This document shows positions 24,996 through 39,250 of a stretch of 64,000 nucleotides of DNA, piece by piece. The DNA is from Vicugna vicugna (lineage: Eukaryota): contig MU058289.1 in assembly GCA_013265495.1 (NCBI GenBank), forward strand, positions 2,603,451 through 2,667,450. The letters run 5' to 3'. The translations under genes and the position numbers were made by a program. The notes under the pieces were generated by a model. That model saw only the letters and a program-made list of their open reading frames with translations, was not told the DNA's origin and ran no database searches. How positions within the stretch are numbered: position 1 is the first letter of the stretch; each line of letters begins with the position of its first letter.

Positions 24996-27002
24996 GTAAG
25001 GCGGTCCCCGGGGCCGGGCCCTTCCCAGGTCCAGCAGTGGCGGGGCGGTGATGGAGGCTTGAACTATTCTCCCACCCCTATCCCTGATGGAACAATTCTT
25101 TGCACCTACCTCTTTCCCTCTTGCCCATGAACTCAGCATGTTCTCATGAAGTTAATACATGTGTGCTTCTGTGTGCTGGGTAAGCACTCGAGGGGCTGGC
25201 GTTTGCCCAGACCAATAGCCTGTTATCGGATGGTCAGAGGGGACTTCTGATGTCTGAGTCCCCTCTATGGCACCTTCACCAAATATCTGTTCCTCATGGT
25301 TGAATACCTTCCCCCAAGGGAAACTGCCATTCCTTCTTAGTGAGTCTAGCTGGGGTGGCGACTCTGACATGGGTGTGACATAGGTGATCCCTCTGGGCTG
25401 GGCTATAGGAAGGGTGGGACTTGGAGGTGCCTGCGGCCTGGAGGGGCCTGAGTGTGTGGCAGATGGAGCTGGGCCTGCAAGGAGGGGGTCGTGGGGAGGA
25501 GCAGGGCAGTGCAGGTGGGATGGAGCGCTGAGTTCCACGCTGTGCAGTGATAGTCCCAGGGGGATGGGAGCAGCAGGAGATGGGAGTGGAAGGACAAGCT
25601 TCAGGCTCACAGGATGAGGAGCGAGGGCCCCAGAGCAAGGTCAGGATGGTGTCAAGGGCAGGACCTGTGGGCTGGGCTCTGGGCAGAGCCTCCGGGAGCT
25701 CCCATGCCTGGCAACAGAGGAGATGGGGGAGGGACTAGGGGCTTAACCAGGAGAACGACATGGCTTGACTGTGTGTTGGCCTGGGATCCTGGGTCCCTAG
25801 GAGTCGGCTGATGGGCAGCAATACCCTCTTTTTGGCCATGAAAACAGCCCAGCTGAGCTAACCCCCAGCATGCCCTAAACTCAGCTGGGCAGCTTCAGGC
25901 TGAATGCAGACCTCAGCAAGGAAGGATTCTGGAGAGCCTGAGGCGTTGGTGAGCCAACCTGGCTGATAGAGGAGGGAAGCGGAGATGGCCCGGAGGAATG
26001 GAAGTCAACACTGCTCCCTGGGACCCCTCCTCTGACTATGTGTGTCCCTTGGTGGCAAGTTGCAGCTGGGGTCTTCCACGTCCTCTGGGCTCTAACACCG
26101 GGCGCAGCCTCTACCCAGATAGACAAGCACATACATGTTTCACCTCGGGCTCCAGAAATCAGGCTTCCCAGGGCTAATGTTGTAAGTAGGGGCCTGCATG
26201 AGACATTTCCTTCCTTAACAGTGTTATTTCTTGATTCATGTATAATTTACAAGCAGCGAAGTGAGATCTTCAGTGTTCAGACTGATGAGTTTGACAAATG
26301 GATCATCCCAGAAAGTTCCCTCTTGCTCCTTTGCAGGTTGCCCACCCCCAGCGCTGTCCCTGCAGTTAGCTTTGCCCTCTCTGGATCTGCATAGGAATGG
26401 GTCATACGTGTGTGTCCTGTTGGTAGCATGATCATACTCTGCAAAATGACATCCAAGAAAGTTCACAGCCCCCGAGGGTTTCTGTCCCTGAGGCCTCGTT
26501 GCTCACCGCCTACAGCCCCGCTCCCCTGTGATGCCTCGGGCCAGGCCCCCAAAGCCCTGACTTCACTCTTAGTTTTGGAGGATAAGCTCCATTCGTCCCT
26601 GCCCAACTAAGAGGCGTGGCCCCGGGGGCCTTTCTCGTTGGTGATTGATGCCTTTACCATCTGGTCCCCTTTGTCGAGGGCCGTAAGGGTTGGCGCATGG
26701 AACCTGAGCCAGGTCTACCCCGCACTGGCTGTGAATCCTGGAGAGTAACGTAACCTTTCTGTTCCTCTGTTTCCCCCCGTAAAATGGGTATGGTAATGGC
26801 AGACCGGCCTCATGAGGATTAATCGACTTAATCCATACAACTGAAGTCCCAAGAGCGTCGCCCTGGGGCTTTCCTCCACTTGGGCCCAGCCCGGCCACAT
26901 CGAGGGCAGGAGGGAGGGTGGGAGAAAGAGGGCTGCGTCTGGGCATCTGAGCCCCATCCGGGCGGCAGCACTAACTCTCCTCTCCCCTTCTCCACATCCA
27001 AG

Positions 27003-27150
27003 CTGGGCCTGTTCAGTGGCATCTGCATCATCGTGGGCACCATCATTGGCTCCGGGATCTTCATTTCCCCCAAATCTGTGCTCAGCAACACGGAGGCTGT
27101 GGGGCCCAGTCTCATCGTATGGGCGGCTTGTGGGATTCTTGCGACACTGG
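27003..27150 (+). CDS. SLC7A9: SLC7A9 exon 3
   Basis: aag| acceptor; [50 protein letters not shown]|gtaacg donor. Confidence 0.96.
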
Positions 27151-27419
27151 GTAACGAAGGCGCCCCTCCCTGGCGAACACCCCCTGTTGAGCATGGGACA
27201 GGCTATCAGACCTCTCTCTGCTGCTGCTGGGATCCCCTTCAACGCTTGTGAGCAAATAGCCATAAACTGGGCTTCGCAGAAATGTCCGATGGTCGCAGCT
27301 CAGGACGAGAGACACGGTGGTGGGCCCCGGGAGCACAGTTCCCACGTGGGGAGCGGGGTTCCCTGTCAGGGCGAAGCCTCACGAGGGGCCCGGGGTCCCC
27401 GCTCCTCTCTGTGTTCCAG

Positions 27420-27662
27420 GGGCTCTGTGCTTCGCGGAGCTTGGCACAATGATCACCAAGTCAGGGGGCGAGTACCCTTACTTGATGGAGGCCTTTGGCC
27501 CCATTCCTGCCTATCTCTTTTCCTGGACCAGCCTGTTCGTCACAAAGCCCTCGTCCTTTGCCATCATCTGTCTGAGCTTCTCTGAGTACGTTTCTGCACC
27601 CTTCTACTCAGGCTGCAACCCTCCTCAAATTGTCGTTAAATGCCTGGCTGCCGCTGCCATCT
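27420..27662 (+). CDS. SLC7A9: SLC7A9 exon 4
   Basis: ttccag| acceptor; [27 protein letters not shown]...[21 protein letters not shown]|gtgagt donor. Confidence 0.97.
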
Positions 27663-28127
27663 GTGAGTACCCGTGTGAAACCCTGGGCAGGGTCAGAAAA
27701 GTCCTGGCACAGATGACGTGGGGAGACTGGCTTGGGCTCCTGCATATGCAGAAAGAGGCCGAGTGGGCCTGGAGGCACTGGTGAGGAGCAGGGCCAGGTC
27801 TGGTCTTGGCCCAAAACCTGGTGTCCTTTGCTGTCCCACCCCTGTGTGGCAGGGCCGTCAGAGCTGTCAGGGGTGGAGGGTGGCAGTGACCGCAGGCTGT
27901 CCCACAGGGCAGCACTTGGCTGGGGCCTGGCTGTTTCTCCACTGTTCTTGGAGGGAGGCAGCCCCGGCTGGATTTCCAAGGTGCATTTGATGGGTGTGGT
28001 GGTGAATGGAGGAGGATGCAGCGGAGCCTGGGAGTGGAAAGGAGACTCCTTCCTGGGCCTTAAGAAAGGAGGAAGATGCTAAGCCCATAGACCCAGAACA
28101 TTGCCCACTTCTGCCTCTTCCTCCCAG

Positions 28128-28253
28128 TGCTCATCACCATAGTGAACGCGCTGAGCGTGCGGCTGGGGAGCTACGTCCAGAATGTGTTCACAGCAGCTAA
28201 GCTGGTGATCGTGGCCATCATCATCATCAGTGGACTTGTCCTCCTGGCCCAAG
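28128..28253 (+). CDS. SLC7A9: SLC7A9 exon 5
   Basis: ctcccag| acceptor; [42 protein letters not shown]|gtgacc donor. Confidence 0.96.
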
Positions 28254-28487
28254 GTGACCTTCGGCTGGAGGGGTGGGTGGGCTCCACACAGCACAGACCA
28301 TCTGGAGGTCTTGCTCCTAAGTATACCTGTAAGGCAGGAATTCAACAGGAGCAACCTCAGTTTCCCAACTTTTCAGTCTGTTTAGTAACCTGAGGTCATA
28401 AGCCACCCCCTTCTTTTACCTGGAGATGATGCCAAGTCCCAGTCTGGTCGGCTGACACCCACTATTCACTGTCTGGCTTAATTACAG

Positions 28488-28587
28488 GAAATACAAGAAA
28501 TTTTGAAAATTCTTTTGAGGGCTCAAAACTGTCTGTGGGAGCCATCAGTCTGGCATTTTATAATGGACTCTGGGCGTATGATGGATG
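28488..28587 (+). CDS. SLC7A9: SLC7A9 exon 6
   Basis: ttacag| acceptor; [34 protein letters not shown]|gtaagg donor. Confidence 0.96.
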
Positions 28588-29339
28588 GTAAGGCACTCTA
28601 AAGACGGCACATGCCTGGTTGTGGGTTTCTTGAAGCTATCTTACTGAAAACGTGTGAAAAGCAATGCCATCTCCTTTTGGGGTTTTTGCGGGACCCTAAT
28701 ATCTCCCTTTTGTCAAGCACCCCACCCCTCACCCTTCTGTTCTCCTTGGACCCCAGAGACACCGGGGTACCTGCCCCTTTCCCAGTCACTCATGTGGCAC
28801 CAGCCCTGGGCACAGGGGCCTGTGGGCCCGCAGTGGTGGGGCCCTGTGCCGGAAGCATCACCAGACACAGACAGGCTCAGCCGGACTGGAGGCAGTGAGG
28901 GCTGCCAGGCACTGGACAAGGCAAGAATATTCAGTGGCACTTCTGTTTCAACCTTGCAAATACTAGCGTGGTCGATGAAATTCTGCTTACGTCTAGTGGC
29001 CATCCAGGATGCTAGTCTTTCCCTCATGCAAGGCATTTGCAGGTTTGTTCTCTTTTCAGACAAAGAATCTTCCACTTTTTTTCAAAGCACTCAAATTACT
29101 CCCAGTAACTGTTGAAAATTCACGTGATTCCCATGGAGGGCAAAGACTTACCAGCTGACGATGTGCAGCTTAGTCATCCCACCATCCCCAGGGCTTCCTC
29201 CAAAAGAAATTACCCTGGAATTCCTACAGGGGAATTTTCTCTATGAAGCGTAATGAGGCCAACCTTTATTATTTTGTCTTTCATAATCTTCGCAAAGAAA
29301 TTCCAAGTTATGTTACTCATGTTACTTTCCTTTCTCTAG

Positions 29340-29384
29340 GAATCAACTCAACTACATAACAGAAGAACTTAAAAACCCTTTCAG
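29340..29384 (+). CDS. SLC7A9: SLC7A9 exon 7
   Basis: ctctag| acceptor; NQLNYITEELKNPF; AG|gtagga donor. Confidence 0.95.
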
Positions 29385-29754
29385 GTAGGAAAGCTGAGTC
29401 CAGCCAGAAGGCAGTGGACAGGCGAGCGTGTTTCTCTCTCCCAAGCAAAAAGTGGAACCGCGTCCTCCCGGCGCTCTACGCCCGCCTTCCACACAGTGGA
29501 TGGGTTCTTATAAGCTCATTTGCACTCACGGGAGCTCGGTTTTGGATAGTGGGATGGTTGCTGAGACGAAGGAAGAACTCTAACTTTAGATTATCTTGCT
29601 TTATAGACAATTCAATTTTACTGCTCTGGAGTCTAAAAAGGGAGAGTTCTTTCTCATTTGAAAATGTCACATGTCCCCGCAGGTGGCTCTGCTGTTCCAC
29701 AAGTCCCCTGCTTCTGGGTGGGCCTCAGGGAGGGCAGCTGTGACCCAGCTGTGA

Positions 29755-30114
<360 letters not shown>

Positions 30115-30844
30115 TAATCGTCTAGGAAATGGGGAGTGTGAACAGGGTAGAGCAACACCAGAGACCAGCACGGAGATCCGGGCCACCAGTGGGTGACAGG
30201 TGCTGCTTTCCCAGCCTGCCCGGCCCCAGGCAGGGGTAGAACACACTTACAGGAGGGCTGGGCTTAGCAGGCTTGGGGCTTTGACAGACAAGTATGAGCA
30301 AGAGAAAGCGCAAGGGAGTCGCTGAAGGACGGAGTTGTAATAACAGATTGTGGGATTTAAGCCGGGTGAGGAGGGAAGCGAGGACAGAAGGATGGGTGTG
30401 AGGGACAGTGGGAAAGGTGGGTGCGGTCCACGCGCTGCAGGAGGCCTGGAAATGAAACTAGAAACAGGCAGTTGACTAAGATGGGGAGCATGGAGAGATG
30501 CAGTCTTGGTGATGAGGTCGCTGACGGGAGAACAGGCGGCTCAGGTGGGAGGGAGACCAGGTCATTCCGGGTGAGGGAGAGGCAGGGGTGTCAGGGGATG
30601 TAGCACCCCAGTGAGGTACGACTGGGGGTGGTGGAGAAGAGGTTTCCATCACCGTCAGCATCGGCATAGGAGCGAGGCCATCATTTCCCTGACTGGCTCT
30701 CCACCTTTCCTCTCGCTCCAGAGGCAGCGTCTTGGAGCCCATTCCTGGGGCCTGGGCCATCGGGGGGTCGGGGGCGTAGCTGCTTGCAGGGTCCATGGAT
30801 CCTGGGGCGCGCTCAGTCTCAGGACTCACCGGCTTCTCTCGCAG

Positions 30845-30948
30845 ACGTTTGGTGACCGCGTCCTGTACCCCGCTTCCTGGGTCGTTCCACTCTTCGTGGC
30901 ATTTTCGACCATCGGAGCTGCTAATGGGACCTGCTTTACTTCGGGCAG
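30845..30948 (+). CDS. SLC7A9: SLC7A9 exon 9
   Basis: ctcgcag| acceptor; [36 protein letters not shown]|gtaggg donor. Confidence 0.96.
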
Positions 30949-31217
30949 GTAGGGCCCAGCACCCACCCCCGGCTACAAGGTCCTCGGGGCTTTGCCAGAC
31001 TAAGCCCTCAGCACCCACTGGGACCAGAAAGCCTGCGCGGACTGGCACGGGCGCTGGGCCAGGAGGGGTCCCGGGGCAAGGCAGGGCTCAGTGACCGACG
31101 GGGGACCGGGGGTGGGGGCGGGGGTGCCGGGAGGGAGAGAGAGGTTTGCCTATGGGAATTTTCACCTAATGAGCTTCCTTGAACATCGTCTCATGTTGAT
31201 ACATACACAGTCTAGAT

Positions 31218-31390
31218 CAGGCATTGGCAAACTCTCCTTTAGGGGCAGATAGGAAAGATTTGAGGCTTGCAGGCCATGTAAGTCTGTCACAACCACACAG
31301 CTCTGTCTTTGCAGCATGAAAGGAAACCAGCCATGGTCGTGTTGCACTGGAACCTTATTTACATAGACAGGCACAGTTTGCCAGCCCCGG
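31218..31390. mobile_element. MER58A-like hAT MITE
   Basis: Imperfect terminal inverted repeats caggcattggcaaact and agtttgccagccccgg; internal ggcttgcaggccat...tctgtcacaacc. Confidence 0.7.
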
Positions 31391-31669
31391 CCGAGCCTCT
31401 GGCCCCTACCAGTCTGGAGACAGCAACTGTGTTGGATTCCACTTCATGACGTAGCATAATTTCACATCACCTCCACTCATGGGCTGAGTGCGGGTGGTTT
31501 TCATAAGCACTGCGGCAGCGAACACTTGTGAACTGGTCTTTGCCCACCTATCCAGTGTTCTGAGTAAATATAGTTCTGAGAGTGAAACTGCCAAATGTTT
31601 ACACTTGAAAAATGAAATATATACGACAAAATCATCCCTTAGTGCTAGTCCTCTCACTTCTTTAAAAGT

Positions 31670-33260
31670 GTTTCGGCTATTCTAGATTCTTTACATTTCT
31701 ATCTGAATTTTAGAATCAGCTTGTCAATTTCTACAAAAAAAAGCCTTCTGGGATTTTGATCAGAAGCGCATTGAATCTATAGATCAACTCAGAGAGGACC
31801 AGCATCTTGAAAGTATCAATTCTTCCAATCTATGGGTGTGGACTATCTCCTCGTTTATTTAGATTTTCTTTAATTTTTTTAAAGTGCTTTTTTTAGTAGC
31901 AACTTTCAGTATGCAGTTCTTGCACATAGTTTGTCAGATTTACCCTGAAATATTTCATACTTTTTCATGCTATTGTAAATGGTATGTTCAAAAAATGTAA
32001 AAACTTTTCAGTTTCTGATAGTTTGTTGCAGGTATATAGAAACACAATTTAAACAACCCTATTGAGATATAAATACCATAAAACTCACTTTGTAATTCTG
32101 CAATATAGTGATTTTCGTAAATTTATAAAGCTGTGCAAACACCACAATCCAATCCGAGAATATTTCCCATCATTCCAAAAAGTTCCCTCACACCTGCTTT
32201 TATTAATCTCCCCTCCCACCTCCAGCTCTAGGCAACCACTAATCTGCTTCTGTGTCTATGGCTTTGCTTTTTCTAGACATTTCATCTAAATGGAATGATG
32301 TGATATCTCATTTGCCTCTGGCTTCTTTCACTTAGCATATTATTTTTGAGGTTCATCAATGTCATAGGAGGTATCAGTTCATTCATTTTAATTGCTGGAT
32401 AGCATTCCATTTTATAGATGGATGCTTCATTTTCTCATTGACCAGCCAATGGCCATTTGGACTGTTTCCAGTTTGGGCTACTGTGAATAATGCTGCTGTG
32501 AGCATTCCTGTGTATGTCTTTGTGTGGACATATGTCTTCATTTCCCTCAGGTAGATTCCGAGGACTAGAATTGCTGGGTCATATAGTAACTTTGTTACTA
32601 ACTTTTAGAGAACAGCTTACCTGCTTTCTAAGTGGTTACTCCATTTTAATTTCTATAAGCGATGCATGAGAGTTCCAGTTTCTCCACATCCTCACCGACA
32701 CTTGGTATTATCTTTTTGATTAAAGTCATTCTATTTTAGTGCCTTCTTAGCGCAGCAGGCAGCACGTCAGCCTCATAAAGTCATTCTACTGGGTATGTCA
32801 TTGTGGTTTCAATTCACATGTCCCTAATGACTGATGATACTGAGTATATTTTCGTGTGCTTATTAGCCATTCACATATATTCTGGTAAAATAGCTATTCA
32901 AGTCTTTTGTTCCTTTTAAAAAGTGGGCTTCTTGTTATCCTATACTGAGTTGTACACGCTCATCATATATTCTGGATCCAAGTCCTTTATCAGGTATCTG
33001 ATTTGCACATAATATCTCCTAATCTATGGCTCATCTTCTCATTTTCTTAATGGTGTTTTGAACTCCAGTGTTTTTAACTTTGACAAAGTCCTGTTTCTCA
33101 GTTTTATTTTTCATGTGTCATGCTTTCATTGCCATATCTAAGAACCTTTGCCCAATGCAAGGTTACAAAGATGTTCTCTTCTGTTTTATCCTAGAAGTTA
33201 ATTAGGTTTAGCTCTTACATTTACTTATATGATCCATTTTTGAGTTAATTTTGTATAATA
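31670..33260 (-). mobile_element. Old L1 fragments (L1M/L1MB-like) in SLC7A9 intron 9
   Basis: tttagaatcagcttgtcaatttctacaaaa, gaatctatagatcaa and ttccagtttctccacatcctcacc are antisense L1 ORF2/3' motifs. Confidence 0.75.
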
Positions 33261-34194
33261 TGCCTGTTCAGCTTGGGGGTTGGCCAGGGCCTTGAACTAT
33301 ATTGAATTATGTTGGGTATCATTTTGATGGAGTCAAATCTAAGATTTTTACTTACTGGTTTCTGAGTTTTCTATCTCACACAGACACACTTCCCTCTCTA
33401 CTTTCAATAATACCCACCTATGTTTTCTTCTAGCATTTTACTTTAGCTCTTTGCTCAATCTGGGAATCATCCTGATGTGACGCATAAATCTCACTTTTTT
33501 TCTCCCAAACCTTCACCTGTTGTCCTAATATTATTTGTAGAATAGTCCACCCTTTCCCCTACTGGTCTGAAATGCCGTCATTATCATTCCAATCTAATTG
33601 GTCCACTTTGTGTCACTGATAGGTCCTTTCCTGTGCTATTACCATACGACATGTTTCACAGTTTGAGCAATGTAAAACCTGGTAGGACTCACTTACAGTA
33701 ATTTTGTCAAGTTCCAGAAGTCCTGCTTGCATTCTGAGTGCCTGGAATTTATATATTGGTTTGACTGATGGAGCTGAAAGTGAATTCACAGCATCATCTT
33801 TGGTCTAAGTATCCCCTCCGTGTAGCAACTCCTTTCCTCCCAGTTGCACTGACTTGTTCTGGGAATTGACTTAATACCAGGCTTACGTCTTTTCAAAGTT
33901 CAAATATGTAGTTTTAAAAAACTGGCCTTTTGGCCTTTGTATTCATGGCTCCTAACGTCACTGTATTGTCCTCAGAGCACGTGACCTTTACCATATTACT
34001 TCAGAAGTTTTAAGACTTCCCTCGTGACTTACTGCCATTTGTATAAATGTTTCCCATGGTCCTGAAAATAACATGTATTCTACTAACTTCTTATAGATTT
34101 TTATGTTATCTTTAAGCTTCTACCTTGACAGTTCAAATTTTATGCTCTCATAGTGGATTTGTCAAGTTTTGCCTTCTGTATTTCAAGAGCTCTG

Positions 34195-37100
34195 TTTTTT
34201 TAATAATTTATTTAGGTATAGTTGATTTACAATATTATATAAGTTTGAGGTATACAATGTTGTGATTCATAATTTTTAAAGATTACAGTCCACTTATAGT
34301 TATAATAAAATATTGGCTATATCCTCTATGTTGTACAATATATCCTTGAAAGTTATATTATACATAGTAGTTTGTACCTCTTAACCCCCTAGCCCTTCCT
34401 TACCCTTTCCCTCTTCCTTCTCCCCACTGATAACCACCAGTTTGTTCTCTTAATTTGTGAGTCTGTTTCTTTTTTGTTATATTCACTAGTCTGTTTCTTA
34501 GATTTGTCATATAAGTAAAAATGTACAGTATTTGTCTTTCTCTGTATGATTTATTTCACTAAGCATAGTACCTTCCAGGTATATCCACATTGTTGCAAAT
34601 AGCAAACTTTTATTCTTTTTTATGGCTAAGTAGTATTCCTTTGTATATATATACCACACCTTCTTTATCTATTCATCTGTTGATGGACACTTAGATTGCT
34701 TCTATATCTTGGCTATTGTATATAATGCTGCTTTGAACATTGGGGTGCATGTATCTTTTTGAATTATGTATATATTTTTTTCAGATATATACCCAGGAGT
34801 GGAATTGCTGAATCATATGGTAGTTCTATTTTTAGTTTTTTGAGGAACCTCCATACTGTTTTCCACGGTGGCTGCACCAATTCACATTCCCACTAACAGT
34901 GTATAAGGGTTCCCTTTTCTCCACATCCTTGCCAACATTTGTTATTTGTGGTCTTTTTGATGCTAGCCATTCTGACAGCTGTGAGATGATATCTCATTGT
35001 GATTTTGATTTGCATTTCTCTGATGATTAGCAATGTTGAGCTTCTTTCCATGTGCCTATTGGCCATCTGTATGTCTTCTTTGGAAAAAATACCACCCAGC
35101 TTTTAGTCAGGTTGTTTTTCTGATGTTGAATTGTATGAACTGTTTATATATTTTGGATATTAACCCCTTACTGGTCATACCATTTACAAATATTTTCTCC
35201 CATTCAGTGGGTTGTCTTTTTGTTTTGTCAGTGGTTTCCTTTGCTTGCAAAAGCTTGTAGGTCCCATTTGTTTATTTTTGCTTTTGTTTCTTTTGCCTTA
35301 CGAAACAAATCCAAAACCATATTGCTATAATTTTATGTCAGAGAGTGTTCTGCCTATGTTTTCTTCTAGGATTTTTATGGTTTCTAGTCTTCCATTTAGG
35401 ACTTTAATCTACTGTGAGTTTATTTTTATATATGGCATGAGAAAATGTTCTGATTTCATTATTTTACATGTAGCTGTCCAGTTTTCCCATCACCACTTCG
35501 TGTAGAGACTGTCTTTTCTCCGTTTTATATTCTCACCTCCTTTGTTGTAGAGTTAATTGACCATAAGTATGTGAGTTTATTTCTGGGCTCTCTTTTCCAT
35601 TCCATTGATTTATGTGTCTGTTTCTGTGGTAGTGCCATGCTGTTTTGATTACTGTAGCTTTAGTATAGTCTGAAGTCAGGGAGCATAGATATCTCCAGCT
35701 CTATTCTTCTTTCTGAAGATTGTTTTGGCTATTCATGGTCTTTTGTGTTTCCATACAAATTTTAAAATTATTTGTTCTAGTTCTATGAAAAATGCTGTTG
35801 GTATTTTGATAGGGATTGCACTGAATCTGTAGATTGCCTTGAGTAGTATGGTCATTCTAACAATGTTAGTTCTTCCAATCCATGAACATGGTATATCTTT
35901 CCATCTATTTGTGGCATCTTCAATTTATTTCATCAGTGTCTTATAGTTTTCTAAGTATAGGTCTTTTATCTCCTTAGGTAATTTTATTCCTAGGAATCTT
36001 ATTCTTTTTGATGCAATTATAAGTGCTATTGTTTCCTTAATTTCTCTTTCTGACAGCTCATTGTTGGTGTATAGAAATGCAACAGATTTTTGTGTATTAA
36101 TTTTGTATCCTGCAACTTTACTGAATTCATTGATGAGTTTTAGTAGTTTTGTTGTAGGGTATTTAGGATTTTCTGTGTATATCACATCTGCAAAAAGTGA
36201 CAGTTTTACTTCTTTTCCAATTTGGATTCCTCATTTCTTTTTCTTGTCTGACGTCTGTGGCTAAGACTTCCAATACTATGTTGAATTAAAGTGGTGAGAG
36301 TGGGCATCCTTGTCTTGTTCTTGATCTTAGAGAAAATGTTTTCAGCTTTTCACCACTGAGTATGATGTTAGCTGTGGGTTTGTCATATATGGCCTTTATT
36401 ATGTTGATACCCATTTTCTGTAGAGTTTTTTTTAATCATAAATGAATATTGCATTTTGTCAGAAGATTTTTCTGCATCTACTGAGATGATCGCATAGCTT
36501 TGATTCTTCAATTTGTTAATATGATGAATCACACTGATTGATTTGTGGATATTGAACCATCCCTGCATCCCTGAGATGAATCCCTCTTGATCATGGAATG
36601 TGTTGTTGGATTCAGTTTGCTAATATTTTGTTGAGAATTTTTGTATTTATGTTCATTAATGAAATTGACCTGTAATTTTTTGTGTGGATGCTACCTTTGT
36701 CTGGTTTTGGTATCAGGGTGATGCTGGCCTCACAGAATGAGTTCAGAAGCATTCCTCTGCAATTTTATGGAACAGTTTAAGGATAAGTGTTAATTCTTCT
36801 CTAAATGTTTGGTAGAATTCACCTGTGAAGCCATCTGGTCCTGGACTTTTGTTTGTTGGGAGTTTTTAAAATTACTGATTCAATTTCATTATTGGTAATT
36901 AGTCTGTTCATATTTTCTATTTCTTCCTGGTTCTGTCTTGGGAGAGTGTATATTTCTACTAGATTGTCCAATTTAATGGCATAAAATTATTCATAATAAT
37001 CTTTTATTATCCTTTGTATTTCTGTGGTGTCGGTTGTAACTTTTCTTTTTTCAATTCTGAGGGTACTGATTTGGGCCCTCCCTTTTTCTTGATGAGTCTG

Positions 37101-37420
37101 GCTAAAGGTTTATTGATTTTATCTTTTCAAAGAATCAGCTCTCAGTTTCATTGGTCTTTTCTATTTTTTTTTTTTTAGTCTTTATTTCACTTAATTTTGC
37201 TCTGATCTTTGATTTCTTTCCTTCTTACTAATTTTGGGGTTTTTTTTCCTAGTTCTTTTAGGTGTAAGGTTCAGTTGTTTGAGATTTTTCTTGTTTCCTG
37301 AGGTGAGCTTGTATCACTATGAACTTCTTAGAACTGCTTTTGCTGCATCCCATAGATTTTGGATCATTGTGTTTTCAGTTTCATTTGTCTCCAGGTATTT
37401 TTAAAATTTCCTCTTTGATT
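34195..37420 (-). mobile_element. About 3.2-kb 5'-truncated L1 (ORF2 RT region to 3' UTR) in SLC7A9 intron 9
   Basis: ORF2 peptides [29 protein letters not shown] and [21 protein letters not shown] on the minus strand; T-rich tail at 34195; frameshifted. Confidence 0.92.
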
Positions 37421-39153
37421 TATTCACTGTTGATACAAATGATTGTACTATGTTTGTCTTTTAACCTTCCTACTAGCTTTGATAAAGGTTGATTTTCCAC
37501 CTTTAATGTGTAATCACAAGGGCTCCTGTTAGGTATATCTTCTTGCAGACTGTCCCCTTTTTCAGTAGGAATTCTCCTTCTTTTTGCTGTAAATTCTATT
37601 CTGATATTGATATTGCTGTCTTTTAGACTGCTGCTCTTGGTAACATGTCCCTTCCCTTTTATCATCTACTTCTCAGTGTCATGGGTTTTGGCTTGTGTCT
37701 CTTCCAATAAACCTGACCTGAAAGCCTCCAGCTGGGCAAGTGGAATCTTATCACAACTGATGTGATTACTGCTACAGCTAGATTAATTTCTAACTTATTC
37801 CTTTGTGTTATGTTGGCTTAAAAAAATCTTACCCTGATTTATTAACCATCAAATTTCATTTATCCCTGTTTTTCTTCTGCTGATGTGGGTGGAAGTTATA
37901 TTTCTATTCTTTTAGCAGTTACCTTTAAATTTTAACATGAATACCTAATACAGTCTATAACTGGCTCAGTTCTCTTCCATCTCTTGAGGACTCTCCCCTT
38001 CATATCATCTTGTATATCAGCTACTTCTTGTTTGCAAACCAAACCAACCCTCCTAAAAATAAAAGTCTGTCATGACAGAAATTTAAAAATCCAATACTTA
38101 TATACATACTAACATGTTTTACTCATCTTTCCTTAGCATTGCTTCTTCAGTCAACTCCTTCTGAATTCAACTTTTGTCTGAGTCCTTTTTTGTTGGAGTA
38201 GACTTTTTAATAGTTTTTCATGAGGACTAAAGAACAGTAACTGTCTGTAGTTATTATCTAAAAATGTATTTTGCCAGTAGTCTTGAATGATAATTTAGCT
38301 ATGCAGAATTCTAATCTGAAAATCAATTTCCTTCCATCACTTTGAAAGTGTTAATTCTCATTCTGATTAGTCCTAATTTTGCAGTTAACGTTTTAAATTT
38401 GGTATCTTGAAGTTTTGTTTTGTTTTTTACTTTCCATTATAATGTTTATATCTGGGCATGTTTTTATTCGTCTAGAACTGGATTCAATTTGAAGGCTCAG
38501 GATTTTTCAGCTCTTTGAAGTCTCTCTGCTCTTCTTTGAACTTGTCTTACACCATTCAATATATTTGAACGTCTTCCTCTGTTTCTTCTCTTAATTTCCT
38601 CTCTACACTTTCCATTTCTCTATGCATCATACCCAGATCTAGCTTTCTTTTCATTTGTATCTAATTTATCTGTTGTTGATTAAATTTTTAATTATAGTAA
38701 CTTTTTGTTTTTTAGGAATTCTGTTTAGCTCTCCTTCCCTTTTTCTTTAACATTTTAAATATAGCCTTTCAGATTCCTGAATAATCAGAAGTTCTTAGGG
38801 GAGGTGGTGAGGTAAGCACTGGGGTCCATAGACCCTGGACTAGTTTTTACATTTGCTTCTTGCATAACTTTCAGGACACAGATCAGGTATCTCCTCTTTG
38901 AAATTGCCTCCCCAGTGCCCTCAGGTGACCCTACTGCAACAGGCTGCATTCCTCTAAGATGCATTTAACCATCTCACTTACTTCTGTAAAACTCAGTCAC
39001 CTCAGGAGGCTGGACTCCTACCTGATGACAGCAGGGTCACAACTCAGTCCCTTTCTCTGTGGCCTCAGCAGCAACGCTCAGGACACACTTGCTGGGTGAT
39101 GGTACTGCAGCCTGCACTCACATCGACTAACTTCCTTATTCCTGCCTTTTCAG

Positions 39154-39250
39154 ACTTGTTTACGTTGCAAGCCGGGAAGGCCACATGCTTAAAGTCCTCT
39201 CTTACGTTAGTGTCAAGCGCCTCACTCCAGCCCCGGCCATCATCTTTTAT
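39154..39250 (+). CDS. SLC7A9: SLC7A9 exon 10
   Basis: ttttcag| acceptor; [32 protein letters not shown]; |gtaagt donor. Confidence 0.96.

Noticed and set aside
27000..27002. AAG acceptors (SLC7A9 exon 3, and TDRD12 at 58425-58427) as splice defects
   Set aside because: AAG is a less common but valid acceptor, and exon lengths and phases are preserved.
39169..39171. SLC7A9 Ser332 (human Gly) next to conserved Arg333
   Set aside because: Paralogues such as xCT and LAT1 have Ser in this motif (SREGH), so the change is probably tolerated.
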